From NCBI RefSeq assembly GCF_006345805.1, contig NW_021834218.1, positions 1 through 54,505 of the forward strand: a DNA stretch of 54,505 bases, written 5' to 3'. The notes beneath the pieces were generated by a model. That model was given only the letters and a program-made list of their open reading frames with translations, did no database searches and was not told where the DNA came from. The position numbers and the translations under genes were made by a program. Source of the DNA: Octopus sinensis (taxonomy: Eukaryota). Shown here one piece after another: positions 27,556 through 39,763 of the stretch (positions within the stretch are counted from its first letter, which is position 1; every line of letters starts with the position of its first letter).

Positions 27556-27974
27556 GCTTGGCTAGGCGGCGTTGCTGAAATCACGGTTCGAATATATAGA
27601 TTTCAAAGTGACACATTTTACTGATCTATAAATAGAAATAATATTATTTCTAATGAATTCCCGGCACAAAAATATAAGGACACAGATAATGTGTAGTATC
27701 ACCAGCTAGAAATAATGTTTCTTGATGCTAATAAACAGTAACAACGTCCCTTACAGAACGGCAATATTATGTTGGCAATTAAATTTTAGTTTAAAGAAAT
27801 GTTACTATACGTCTCTCTCTCTCTCTCTCCCCTCTCTCTCACTCCCCCTCTCTCTTCCCTCTCTCTCTGAGAGATTTAGAAATAATACTATTTTTATTTA
27901 TAGATCAGCAGCCGTGTGGCACTTTGAAATATATATATTCGAACCGTGAATTCAGCAATGCCGCCTAGCCAAGC
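27556..27974. mobile_element. MITE-like inverted repeat 2 (~98-bp arms)
   Basis: 27556-27653 versus 27876-27974: six substitutions plus one 5-6 nt divergent block. Confidence 0.85.
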
Positions 27975-27980
27975 AGGTAC

Positions 27981-28068
27981 ACTTGCCCAAGATGCCACGC
28001 AGTGGGACTGAACCCGGAACCATGTGGTTGGTTAGCAAGCTACTTACCACACAGCCACTCCTGCGCCT
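27981..28068 (-). mobile_element. Family-1 SINE head fragment
   Basis: Near-identical to 14805-14887. Confidence 0.85.
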
Positions 28069-28498
28069 ATATATATATATATATAGAAATAAATAGACAG
28101 AGTGAGAAAGAGATATAGAGATACAGATATATATAAACGCATACGTTCATGCATATATATGTGTGTGTACGTGAGCCTCTGTCTGTGTGCGCGTGCGCGT
28201 GTGTATGCGTTTTTATTAGTCCAAACAAGTTGAGGAATTAAAGAAATGAAGTTGAGAATGCACAGAGAATATACTAGATTATTGAATTAATTAGAATTGA
28301 ATTAGATTTGTATAATGCCTGAATACACTTCACCGGTTTCACTTTAGATTTTCAACTCTGTAAAACGTATGGAGATGTGTTTCGAATTGCACCTATTGTG
28401 GCCATTGTTTCAAAAATAGTTTGGTTTTAAAGCAGGATATGGCTCAGAAAGCCACCCGTCAACTTTCGTACATCTACTACTACTACTACTACTACTAC

Positions 28499-28535
<37 letters not shown>

Positions 28536-28594
28536 AACGACTACTACGCCTGCTGCTGTTGCTACTACTACTGCTAATACTGCTGCTGCTGCTG

Positions 28595-28627
<33 letters not shown>

Positions 28628-29459
28628 ATACTAATACTAATACTACTACTGCTGCTAGTGCTGCTGCTGCTGCTACTACGACTCCTCCTCCTCCTACCAC
28701 CACTACTACTACGACTACTACTACTACTACTATCGTTTTACACAGTCACTTCCTGAAACCCTATAAATGCTTTTTTTAAAAATAAATTAGTTATTTTTCG
28801 CATTTCCCTGTTCCCTTTTTCGTTGTTTACTCTGTTGTTGATTATAATCTCATTATTGCGCATTTTTCTGTTAGTATAGTGTGGGTTTTTTGTAGTGTTG
28901 GTACCATTGTTGTTGTTTTTCCATCGTTCTTATATGATTCTGTATTGTATCATTTCAATTTCCAGACTCCCAAAACTGTTTGACCTGTTAGCGGCAGCCA
29001 TATCGCTTCCGGTTTAAGCTGTTAACGGTAGCCAGGTCACTTCCGGTTTGGTTCAATAATGCTTAAGCGGTTTGAATGGTTTACAAATTATCGTGATTAT
29101 ATTTCGTCTGTCTGTCTGTCAGCCACTGAGACGCTCTCCTCGTCCCCCTTCCCTGCCCCACCTCCTCCTTCCTCCATCCCTTTCCTCCTTTCGCTCTGTC
29201 ATTCCTTCTCTCTTACCTCTCTCTGTCTGAGGCTGTGGATGTGTACTTGTGTGTGTGTATATGTGTGTGTGTTTGAGTAATATTATCTCTGTATGTATGC
29301 CTGTGTGTCTGTCTGTGTGTATTTCTGCTTCTCTTTCTCTTTCTATTTTCCTGTGTCGATCTGTGTCTTTCTCTGTATCTCTTACTACCTCTCACTGTCT
29401 TTACCTCTGTGTTTGTCTCTCTCCCTCTCTCATTCTGTGTTTTTATTTATCTCTCCTTC

Positions 29460-29473
29460 TCTCTCTCATTCTT

Positions 29474-29535
<62 letters not shown>

Positions 29536-29590
29536 CATCCATCCATCCATCCATCCATCCATCCATCCATCCACCCACCCACCTACCTAC

Positions 29591-29652
<62 letters not shown>

Positions 29653-29689
29653 GTCTGTCTCTCTGTCTGTCTGTCTGTCTGTCTGCCTA

Positions 29690-29720
<31 letters not shown>

Positions 29721-29900
29721 CTGTGTGGATCTGTGCCTTTCTCTGTATCTCCTACTTTTTCTCCATTTCTTTCTCTGTCTTTTCCTCTATGTTTGTCTCT
29801 CTCCCTCTCTCACTTTGTCTTTTTCTTTCTTTCTTTCTTTCTTTCTTTCTGTCTTTCTTTCTGTCTTTCTTTCTTTCTTTCTCTCTTTCATTCTCTCTCT
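29460..29900. repeat. Compound (TATC)/(TCCA)/(CCTA)/(TCTG)/(TTTC) array
   Basis: Direct reading. Confidence 0.95.
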
Positions 29901-30849
29901 CTATCTATCTATCCCTGTGTGGATCTGTGTATCTCTGTGTTTTCCTCTCTTTCTCTTTTCCTCGCTCCCACTCCCCCACTTTGACTTTACTCTTATGTAT
30001 GTCTATCGATGTATACATCTCACTCAGTATCTCAATACGGCCGTATATGTATATTTTTCTGCTTCTGTGTGACTGTAACTCAATGCGTGTGTGTCTGAGT
30101 GTATATATGCATACACCAGTGTTTGTGAGTGTATGTGAATAATTGCATGTTTGCGATTGGCTACTTACACGCGCATGCGTATCTGAATGTGTAATCGTCT
30201 GCCAGTAATCTAACGTATATATTTGTGGAGGCCATTTTGTGTGTTCCCAAATATGTATGCAGTGAACAATGATTGCGTCAGGGAACTGTTACTCCATGTG
30301 CCTCTGTTTGTAAGTTTGTATGGGTATGTATATGTATATTTGCGTGCCCATACACATGTGTGCGTGTGTTGTGTCTATTAGTGTGAACTTGTGGACGTAT
30401 GTATGTGAATGTCTGTGAATCCGATATGTATATGATTACGATTAAACGTGACATCTATGTATTGGGTTCTTGTTCATTCGTTTCTTTCCAATGTTATTTG
30501 AGTAGGCACAAAAATCATTTTGTATTGTAGCTTGATAATGTTTCCGTAGCTCTATTCTTTCTTTGAAACTTTCCTTTACCATTTATGAAATTTGAATATT
30601 ATTTAAGTCTTTTCAGACATTGCGGTGAAGTGCAAGAAAAAAAATGTCTTTTTGTTTACTTGACACTTGATTTGCTTTGGAAATAAAGTTTCCAAAGCTT
30701 CCAAAGTGACTCGGGGTAATTGTGCTATGTACAGAAAAGTCACAATTATTGAAAGAATTGCATAAAAGACGCCATTACGGAAAGAACTGCACAAAAATAT
30801 TTTCCCTTTTCATGAATGAAATATTCATCCTCATCATTTTTTCGAGTCC

Positions 30850-31130
30850 TAGTCGACATTTCAGTCTAATGAGTATCGTTTGAAGTGGTTCAACCACGAC
30901 GACTCGTTCCAATTCTCTATGGAATTGACCCAGGAGTTGCGATGCTCTGATGATACTGCCGTTCGTCGCATCACTCAATGAGTAAGGTCCAAAAATTCGC
31001 AGCATACGACTATCTGCTCTGAATGAACAGAAACTTCAGTGTTCTTCAATCACCCTCCACCCCATTTGCTCGCTCGACAACACGTGGATAAAAATAGGTT
31101 TCTCTTTTCGCTGTTTCGCCACTGACGATG
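30850..31130 (+). mobile_element. Decayed mariner fragment
   Basis: HDDSFQFSMELTQELRCSDDTAVRR, SKVQKFAA, LLARQ...FL...ATDD parallel the mariner HTH2-linker-first Asp region. Confidence 0.55.
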
Positions 31131-31261
31131 CAATTCATAGGAAGGATTGGTGAGTTCCGACAAGCAAGGAGATACCTAGAACAAAGCTACAGCTTGCATT
31201 TGGTGGGACTAAGTAAGACTAAATCACTATGAAATGCTTGGTCACAAAATCATTTTTTTTC

Positions 31262-31430
31262 CTGCTCTAGGTACAAGGCGCAAAATTTTGGGAGAGAGGA
31301 CCAGTCGATTAGATTGACTCCAGTACGCAACTGGTACTTAATTTATCGACTCCGAAAGGATGACAGGCAAAGTCGACCTCGGCGGAATTTGAACTCAGAA
31401 CGTAACGACAGACGAAATACCGCTCGCTAA
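31262..31430 (-). mobile_element. Family-2 SINE, 5'-truncated
   Basis: Reverse complement of ttctgagttcaaattccgccgaggtcgactttgcc...gataaattaagtaccag. Confidence 0.85.
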
Positions 31431-31734
31431 ACATTTCTTACCACACACGAACTTCTCCACTGGACTCTTTATCTACAATTTATCTACCCTTTATGGATTT
31501 TCGTTCGGATATTTACCCTCCGACTGCACCTCTCCTACATACGGATCACTGGGGACTCTACTCTTGAAGAGAAATCCTTGCAATACACCGCGACGTCAAA
31601 AAACCTTTGAACTTTACGTAAAACTGTTATTATTATTGTCATTACTTTATTTTTATATTTATTTCTATACTTTCTAAACTTTCCTGTATTTTTTGGTCTT
31701 TCCTTATGTCGTCTACCCTTCTGTCCGAGTCAGT

Positions 31735-31835
31735 ATAGATCGTTAGCCACTACACACATTTTTTTCTCTCCTTGTTTTTTTCTGTGTCCCTCTCTGTAGA
31801 AGAGCGTACGCTCGAAACGTAAAAGATTTTTTACG
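31735..31835 (+). mobile_element. Solo PLE terminal repeat with the best-preserved hammerhead-like motif (31790-31825)
   Basis: CTCT-CTGTAGA-A-GAGC-GTAC-GCTC-GAAA-CGT-A-AAAG; the upstream tttctctcc...tctgtgt context is shared with the other copies. Confidence 0.7.
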
Positions 31836-32405
31836 TTGGAAAAAAGGTGTGTAGCGTGTGATCGGAACATTCACGATGACAGAGAAAGCTGTAATGGCGA
31901 TACCTGATCGGAGGCCTACGAAGTGTTGCAAAATGTGTATGAGATGCTTACAAGTGTACGAATGTTTCAGGCGTTTCCAAGATGGAGGAAAAATGTCGAT
32001 ATTGATGAATGTTCTGGGAGATCCACAACCAGCAGAACTGGGAAACTTATCGCAGATGTGCGTGCAGCTGTGAGAAGAAATCGATGTATCACCATTCGTG
32101 AAGTATCAGAGGATGTGTAAATTAGTTATGGTTCAGTTCTGAACATAGTCACTGAAGATCTGGGTATGAGACGCGTGTCTGCCTCGTTTGAGCCAAAACT
32201 GCTTTTAGATGACCAAAAGGACACTCGGGTTCCAGCTGCACAAGATCTCTTTCATTGTATCGAGCATGATGAAACCTTTGAAAATTTTACTTAGGCCTCT
32301 GAGCAGGTATCGTCAAGCTTTTGGCAAACTTTGATGCAGATTCTCTGTTCAACATTCTCTGTCATGGCAAATGCGACTATCACACGCTACACACTTTCTT
32401 TCCAA
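31836..32405. mobile_element. Mariner derivative with the 5' region present at both ends in inverted orientation
   Basis: Plus strand: MTEK...RFQDG..NVDIDECSGRSTT...TIREVSEDV...EDLGMRRVSA.F.PKLL. 32281-32405 is the reverse complement of the 5' UTR/start (minus strand MTENVEQRICIKVCQKL, ATG at 32365). Confidence 0.85.
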
Positions 32406-32429
32406 GCAGTGCTGTAAACGCCAAAACCT

Positions 32430-32525
32430 AGTGTACATGAAAGGTAAAGTCGATCTTGAGGGTATTTAAACTCGGAACGTGAAGACAGACGAAATGCCGA
32501 TAACCATTTTTCCCGGCGCGCGAAC
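32430..32525 (-). mobile_element. Family-2 SINE fragment
   Basis: atgaaaggtaaagtcga...aactcggaacgt...gacgaaatgccg. Confidence 0.55.
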
Positions 32526-32554
32526 TAGAGTTCAAGGTAGATCTGTGACTAGCG

Positions 32555-32593
32555 GCGTCACACTTCGTGCTTTAGCTTCGTTACTATAGCAAC
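32555..32593. promoter_or_regulatory. Candidate RFX X-box with adjacent CRE-like half site
   Basis: GTTACTATAGCAAC at 32580-32593 fits RYYNYYWWRRNRAC exactly; GCGTCA at 32555-32560. Motif match only. Confidence 0.3.
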
Positions 32594-32833
32594 ATTATAT
32601 TTATGCTGTGAATGGTTTTATGAATGTTCTGATTTCCGCAAGTTTATTGTTGCTGCAGTTATTGTTATTTTGCGTTTTATCGTTTCGGGTTGAGATATTT
32701 AGCAACAAGTCAACACTAGATTCCATTTAATTGATTAGTTACCTCCCTCCAAATTTTCAGTGCCAATATTTCAGGTCTTGTACCTCAAGGAATGTTGTTA
32801 CTATTTTTATTATTATTATTATTATCATTATAC

Positions 32834-32865
<32 letters not shown>

Positions 32866-33560
32866 TATGTTTGACTTTTGCTTTATATTTGTACAAGTTG
32901 GCTCCAAGTCTCACCCAGAGACCCAAGAGACAACAGGGTTGGAAGTTCATGTTGTTGTTATGCCTAGTGTGCCATATATTTGGGTGGGGATGTTTGTACT
33001 AATGAATGTCTAAAAAAAAAAGTGTTTTTTTTTTTTTTTTTTTTTTTAACAAAAATTATGGTTGTTTTAAACCTTGAGTTTACATAGAGAGTATTTTGCG
33101 TAGGATATGAGCAGTTCCCATGAGCCTATCTTTTGAACTTCTGCCATTTGGGGTTTTCTGGTATCTGAGTTAGGTAGCTATCAGCCCCTTTTGCTATCAT
33201 TCCCAGGGCACCTATGACAACAGGTATTGTTTTAGTCTTCAGCTTCCACATTTTGCTGATTTCTATTTCAAGATCTTTATATTTGCTCAGTTTTTGGTAG
33301 GTCCTGACAGATACGTTTATATCGATGGGACAGTCATATCAATGAGGAGGCATGTTCTTTGTTTGAAGTCTTTCAATATGATGTCTGGCCTATTTGCATC
33401 TATCTTCCTGTCAGTTTGAATGGTGAAGTTCCAGAGGAGTGAGATGTGGTCATTTTCAAGCACTGGGGGTGGTTTGTGTTCCCACCAGTTTTTCTCATGG
33501 GGCAACTCCAGGTTTTTTACAGATTACCCAGTGAATATATTTTGCAGCTCTATCGTGCCT
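32866..33560 (-). mobile_element. REL LINE 3' fragment (family 2)
   Basis: WWEHKPPPVLENDHISLLWNFTIQTDRKIDANRPDIILKDFKQRTCLLIDMTVP; same 3' UTR as 7758-8544; (ATT)n arrays on both sides on the plus strand. Confidence 0.9.
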
Positions 33561-33909
33561 GTTGAGATACTCTGTAGGCGCTAGAAGACTGCACTTGGAG
33601 ACCACATGGTCAATGTGGTTATTATTATTATTATTAATATATTATTATTATTATTATATTATATTATCATCATCATCATTTTATTATTATTATTATTATT
33701 ATTGTATTATTATTTATTATTATTATTATATTATTATTATCATCATCATCATTATTATTATTATTATTATATTATTATTATTATTATTATTATTTTATTA
33801 TTATTATTATATCATCATCATCATTATTTTATTATATTATTATTATTATTATTATTAATATTACTATTACTATTACTATTACTATTATTATTATTATTAC
33901 TTTTTTTTT

Positions 33910-35090
33910 TCTTCTTTCAAATTTTCTTCTTCATTTCTTGCCGAGTGTCTTCCCGACTCCTAGGGCAAAGAAACTCATAGTGTATATTGGTAGGCCATTA
34001 AACCAAACTCAGTAGTTCGTTCATTTTTTTTTTTTTTTTTTTTTTAAAGTTAAATTAAAATACATGAGCAGCAACAGTTCTCACATCGACAATGCTCTTC
34101 TCAATACGTGTGATGTACAGTTAAGACAATCTTTGCACTTCTTGCAGGGATGGTAAGCCAGGGATCATTCTCATATAATTTTCGGTTCCCTTCTTGATCA
34201 TTCCTAGTGCTCCTACGATCACTGGTATTGTAACCGCCTTGAGATGCCACATTTTCTCAATTTCAATGAGTAGGTCTTTATATTTTCTGAGCTTGTCAAA
34301 CTCTTTCACTGAGATATTATGATCACAGGGGATGCTCATGTCGATCAATAAGCAAACTTTATTGTTTTGGTCTTTCACAACAATATCTAGTTTATTGGCC
34401 TTGATGGTTCGGTCTGTATGTACTGGAAAGTCCCACAGAATCGTTACATTTTCTCCTTCAGTTACAGCCTCAGGGTGGTGATTATACCACTTGTCGGCAG
34501 TTTTGATATTGTAATGCCGACTTATTAGCCAGTGGAGATATGGCCAACTCTGTCATGTCTTAATTTATACTCCACTGGTGCTAAACTTTACATCCAGAGA
34601 TTAGGTGGTCCACTGTTTCAATCATGTCGTTGCGAATCGGCATTTTGGGTCTGCTCCATTTTCATCACATTGGCCTGGTAGTTCCGGGTTAATAGGCTTT
34701 GGTCTTGAGCAGCCAGGATGAACATTCGCTCTCTGCTTTTAGCCCTGAGCTCCGCGCCACTGATGGGTTTGCTTCTGGTCAACATCAGCTTGTTTGCTGC
34801 GGGTCACATATTTGCCGTGCAGAGGTTCTCCTCCCACCTATCAGCCAATTGCTCGTGCGCTTTTTTCATTGCATCATTTTCACCTTCTTTGCAACAATAG
34901 TTGCCGTACTTCCCTCGGGTTGTTCATTGGGGTATCCTGCACGAGATCAATAGCAAATTTTTTGCTTTCTTTGATGATAGAATGAAGCTTCTTTCGTCTC
35001 TCGTGATTTCCATTCCACGGCTTTAGCATCCAGTCATTCGATATTTCGAGATATTTGGCCATCCAATTGTGGTTGTTTTGTAAGCTAGTT
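33910..35090 (-). mobile_element. REL LINE 3' portion (family 4)
   Basis: LAAQDQSLLTRNY...PKCRF...DHLISGC (frameshifted) and CLLIDMSIPCDHNISVKEFDKLRKYKDLLIEIEKMW...VGALG. Confidence 0.9.
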
Positions 35091-35177
35091 CAAATTGGAT
35101 CAGGCCTCGACCTCCTTGGGCTCTGGGAAGGTAAAGGCGATCTACGTCTGCCTTTGGGTGGTGCATCCTATTACAAC

Positions 35178-35238
<61 letters not shown>

Positions 35239-35341
35239 ATTATTATTATTATTATTATTATTTTCGTTGTTGTTATTGTTGTCGCGCTGGCACCGTCGTC
35301 GTCATCGTCATCATCGTCATTGTTGATATTTTTTGGCAGTT

Positions 35342-35545
35342 ATGGCGGTGAACTGGGAGAATCGGTCGAAATGCTTAAAGGTATTCCGCCCTTCTTTATG
35401 TTCTGAGTTTAAATCCCACCTAAGTCCACTTTGCCTTACATTCTCTTAGGGTTGATAAATCAAATGCCAGTGAAATACTGGGGTGGATGTAATCGACTAG
35501 TCCCTTTTCGAAAAATGTCAGGCCTTGTGGCTCCGGTAAAAGCGA
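35342..35545 (+). mobile_element. Family-2 SINE, diverged, (ATT)n tail
   Basis: ggcggtgaactgggagaatcg...gatgtaatcgactag. Confidence 0.75.
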
Positions 35546-35563
35546 TTATTATTATTATTATTA

Positions 35564-35622
<59 letters not shown>

Positions 35623-35625
35623 GTT

Positions 35626-35793
35626 ATATGTTTGACTTTTGCTTTATATTTGTACAAGTTGACTCCAAGTCTCACCCAAAGACCTCAGAGAGACAAGTTC
35701 ATGTTATTGTTATGCCTAGTGTGCCTTATATTTGGTTTTGTATTTAGTGTTGTACTAGTGAATGTCTAAAAAATAAAAAAAAAATAAATAAAA

Positions 35794-35830
<37 letters not shown>

Positions 35831-35878
35831 TATATTATATTATTATTAAATATATTATTATATCATCATATTATTATA

Positions 35879-35909
<31 letters not shown>

Positions 35910-36102
35910 GTATATGTTTGACTTTTGCTTTATAGTTGTACTAGTTGACTCCAAGTCTCACCCAGAGACCTCAAGGGACAAGAGGTTGGAAGTTCATGTT
36001 GTTGTTATGCCTAGTGTGCCTTATATTTGGTTTTGTATTTAGTGTTGTACTAGTGAATGTCTAAAAAAATTTTTTTAAATAGATAAATGAAAATTATCAT
36101 TA

Positions 36103-36149
<47 letters not shown>

Positions 36150-36216
36150 GTTGTTGTTGTTGTTTTTGTTGTTACTGTTATTATTATAATTATTTTTATC
36201 ATTTTTATTATTATTA

Positions 36217-36262
<46 letters not shown>

Positions 36263-36298
36263 CATTATTATTATTATTATTATTGTTATTATTATTAC

Positions 36299-36362
<64 letters not shown>

Positions 36363-36530
36363 GTTATATGTTTGACTTTTGCTTTATATTTGTACAAGTT
36401 GACTCCAAGTCTCACCCAAAGACCTCAAGAGACAAGTTCATGTTATTGTTATGCCTAGTGTGCCTTATATTTGGTTTGATTAGTTGGTGTACTAGTGAAT
36501 GTCTAAAAAATAAAAAAAAAATAAATAAAA

Positions 36531-36564
<34 letters not shown>

Positions 36565-36640
36565 TATTATTATTATTATGATTATTTATTAATATTATTA
36601 TTATTATCATCATCATTATTATTATTATTATTATTATTAC

Positions 36641-36681
<41 letters not shown>

Positions 36682-36850
36682 TATTATTATTATTATTGTT
36701 ATATGTTTGACTTTTGCTTATAGTTGTACTAGTTGACTCCAAGTCCACCCAGAGACTCAAGGGCAAGAGGTTGGAAGTTCATGTTGTTGTTATGCCTAGT
36801 GTGCCTTATATTGGTTTTGTATTTAGTGTTGTACTAGTGAATATGTCTAA
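35626..36850 (-). repeat. Four tandem family-2 REL 3' UTR stubs (A-B-A-B) separated by (ATT)n
   Basis: Copies begin at 35626, 35912, 36366 and 36701 (atatgtttgacttttgc...gaatgtct). Confidence 0.9.
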
Positions 36851-37050
36851 AAATTTTTTTAAATAGATAATGAAAATTATCATTATTATTATATTATTAT
36901 CATTATTATTATTATTATTATTATTATTGTTGTTGTGTTGTTTTTGTTGTTACTGTTATATTATAATTATTTTTATCAGTTTATTATATTATCATTATTA
37001 TTATTATATTATTATTATTATTTATTATATCATTATTATTATTATTATTA

Positions 37051-37089
<39 letters not shown>

Positions 37090-37103
37090 TATTATTATTA
37101 TTA

Positions 37104-37137
<34 letters not shown>

Positions 37138-37139
37138 TT

Positions 37140-37355
37140 GCAGGTGGCGACCTGGCAGAATCGTTGGCACTCCTGACAAAAAGTTTAACTGCATTTCGTC
37201 CGTCTTTACGCTGTGAATTCGTATTCCGCCGAGGTCGATCTTGATTTTCATCCTATCCCTATCGATAAATTAAGTACCAGTCGTGCACTAGGGTTCATGT
37301 AATGGGGTAGCTCTCTCCCTCATATTGCAGGTCTTGTGCCTATCCTAGAAATTAT
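37140..37355 (+). mobile_element. Family-2 SINE after an (ATT)n array
   Basis: ggcgacctggcagaatcgttggcac...gataaattaagtaccag. Confidence 0.8.
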
Positions 37356-37910
37356 TAATCATCTTCATCATGATCATCATGATCATCATCGTCATCATCA
37401 TCAGCATCATCATCATCATCAATATCGTCATCATCATCGCCACCATCGTCATCACATTCCTCAACACCGTCATCATCATCATCATCTTTATATACATATG
37501 TATAATTATAATTATATATATAAATATAAACCGTGTATGTGAGAATATAAAATATACATGCGCACACACACACATACAAATACAAGCATATACATATACA
37601 CACACACAAACACGCATATATGCATGTGTTCTGTGTGTGTGTGTGTGTGTTTGTGTGCGTGCGTATGTGTGTGTGTGTGTATTCATTGAGAATTAATGTG
37701 TGATGTATATTTATATGTATAAAACTAATTTTAATAAATTCTCACGACACGGCGTAGGAAAGGTATTTTTTATGTATTATTAACTAGAAAATATAAATGC
37801 CTGTCTATGTTTTTGCACAGAAAGCCAAGTAGTGTGTGTGAAAGAACAGGCTAGTTGGTACACAATGCATCTGTGGTTCATGCGAAATGCCGAAACTAAT
37901 GTGTGTGCAT

Positions 37911-37914
<4 letters not shown>

Positions 37915-37947
<33 letters not shown>

Positions 37948-38063
37948 ATATATATATATATATATATACATACATATATATACATGCATATATATATACA
38001 TATATACATATATGTACATCTGTATATACATATATACATACATATATTTATATATATCTTTTT

Positions 38064-38097
<34 letters not shown>

Positions 38098-38306
38098 AGT
38101 ATGTATGCATGATGTCTATATATACATATTTATTTATTTATATTTAGAAACATATATATGCACATATATATATATATATGCATGTTTGTATATACAAATA
38201 CATATATACACATACATACTAATGTATGTATCAATATTCCTAAATCTCTCTCTTTATGTGTGTATATATATATTTATATATACACACACACACATATATG
38301 CATATG

Positions 38307-38344
<38 letters not shown>

Positions 38345-38520
38345 TAATACCTATAGATATATACATATATACATGTATATTCACACACACACACATACAC
38401 AAACACGCATATATATATATATGTATATATATATATCTATATATATATATGTATTCGTACACATATAAATTCACATATAAATTATACATATTTATTCATA
38501 TATGTTTAAATATGCATGTA
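37915..38520. repeat. (TA)/(TACA)/(CA) microsatellite field
   Basis: Direct reading. Confidence 0.9.
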
Positions 38521-39529
38521 TAATTGTGTGTGCATGTTCATGTCTATGCTCTTTGTGTGCGTTTGTGAGTGTGTGTGTATGTATGAATGCGTGTGCGTTT
38601 GTGTGCGTGTGTGTGTGTTTGTGTATGTGTATTTGTTGATTTACTTTCGTGTGTGCTTAGGTTAAATTGAAAAAAATTATGCCGTCATCAAGGTCAGGGA
38701 AGTGTATTAACGGGTGAATAAGGGGTGTTGAAAGGGTTTTAAAATGCTTTAGAGAGGTGGAGACCGATATAATTGGAAAATGTGAATTAGTTGAAAGGAC
38801 GGGTGTGGGTTAGTGGTTGGACCAGAAGCAAGAACCCTGACATTTCATTTCCTGCCATCTGATTTGCTCTCAGCTCAATTATGCGGGGGCCTGGGTTGTG
38901 GGCAGAAGCCACGATCTACCCATTTCTTAAACGCTCTGTCTTTTTTGTTTTTTCATGTGTTCGTTTCTCTTGTTTACTTTTCTTTTTATTAATTTTATTG
39001 TTTGTGTTCGTTCCTTATTTCTCCTTCCACTGCTGCTGCTTATTTTCTTGTTGCTGCTGTTGTTGTTGTTGTCGTTGTTGTTATTGCTTTTGCTGCTGCA
39101 GACGATGCCGCCCACATTTCTTCATTTCTTTTCTTCTTTCTTTATTGTTCCAGATATGTTCAATGCCAAGACGTATACACGTGACTTAAATGGTTTCTTC
39201 TTCTATGTAGCACTATGCCGTATCTTCTGGAAACTGGTACCGTCGTTAGTATTACTACGGATGGTTTATCGCTCCTGTTGTTGCTCATACTACTCCCGAT
39301 CTTTTGGTTGTTTAGATATACGTTGAGAATATCGGGGGCACTCTTTGATTTTACGAGCTCACCTATATTCAAAAGCATTCGGAGAGTAGCTGTCACTATA
39401 TTTGTAGAAATTGTCTTCTGTATAATGTTTTCCAGTTATATCTTGTTATATCTAAAACAATTCTACGCAACATAAAGCGTGACTTGTGTACAATTGGTCG
39501 GTAGAGCGTCTGATTATAGGGCCAATTTA

Positions 39530-39763
39530 GGGCAGCGAGCTGGCAGAATCGTTAGCATGCCGGGCGAAATGCTTTGCGGTATTTCGTCTGGCGCTGCGTT
39601 CTGAGTTCAAATTCTGCCGAGGTCGACTTTGCCTTTCATCCTTTCGGGGTCGATAAATTAAGTACCAGTTATGCACTGGGATCGATGTAATCGACTTAAT
39701 CCGTTTGTCTGCCCTTGTTTGTCCCCTCTGTGTTTAGCCCCTTGTGGGTAGTAAAGAAAAAAA
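39530..39763 (+). mobile_element. tRNA-derived SINE family 2 (CORE-like centre), 15-bp TSD
   Basis: TSD TATAGGGCCAATTTA at 39515-39529 and 39764-39778; B-box-like gagttcaaatt; gcctttcatcctttcggggtcgataaattaagtaccag. Confidence 0.9.

Noticed and set aside
30865-30981. Exon-like segment ending at GTAAGG
   Set aside because: The only long frame ends in a stop, and the sequence fits a mariner relic.
35626-36850. CRISPR-like repeat-spacer pattern
   Set aside because: Units are ~150-bp LINE 3' UTRs with microsatellite spacers in a eukaryote; no cas genes.
39153-39475. Strong pyrimidine tract plus overlapping 78-86 aa ORFs on both strands
   Set aside because: No recognisable homology, and frames following the acceptor stop early. 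Worth an RNA-seq look but unsupported.
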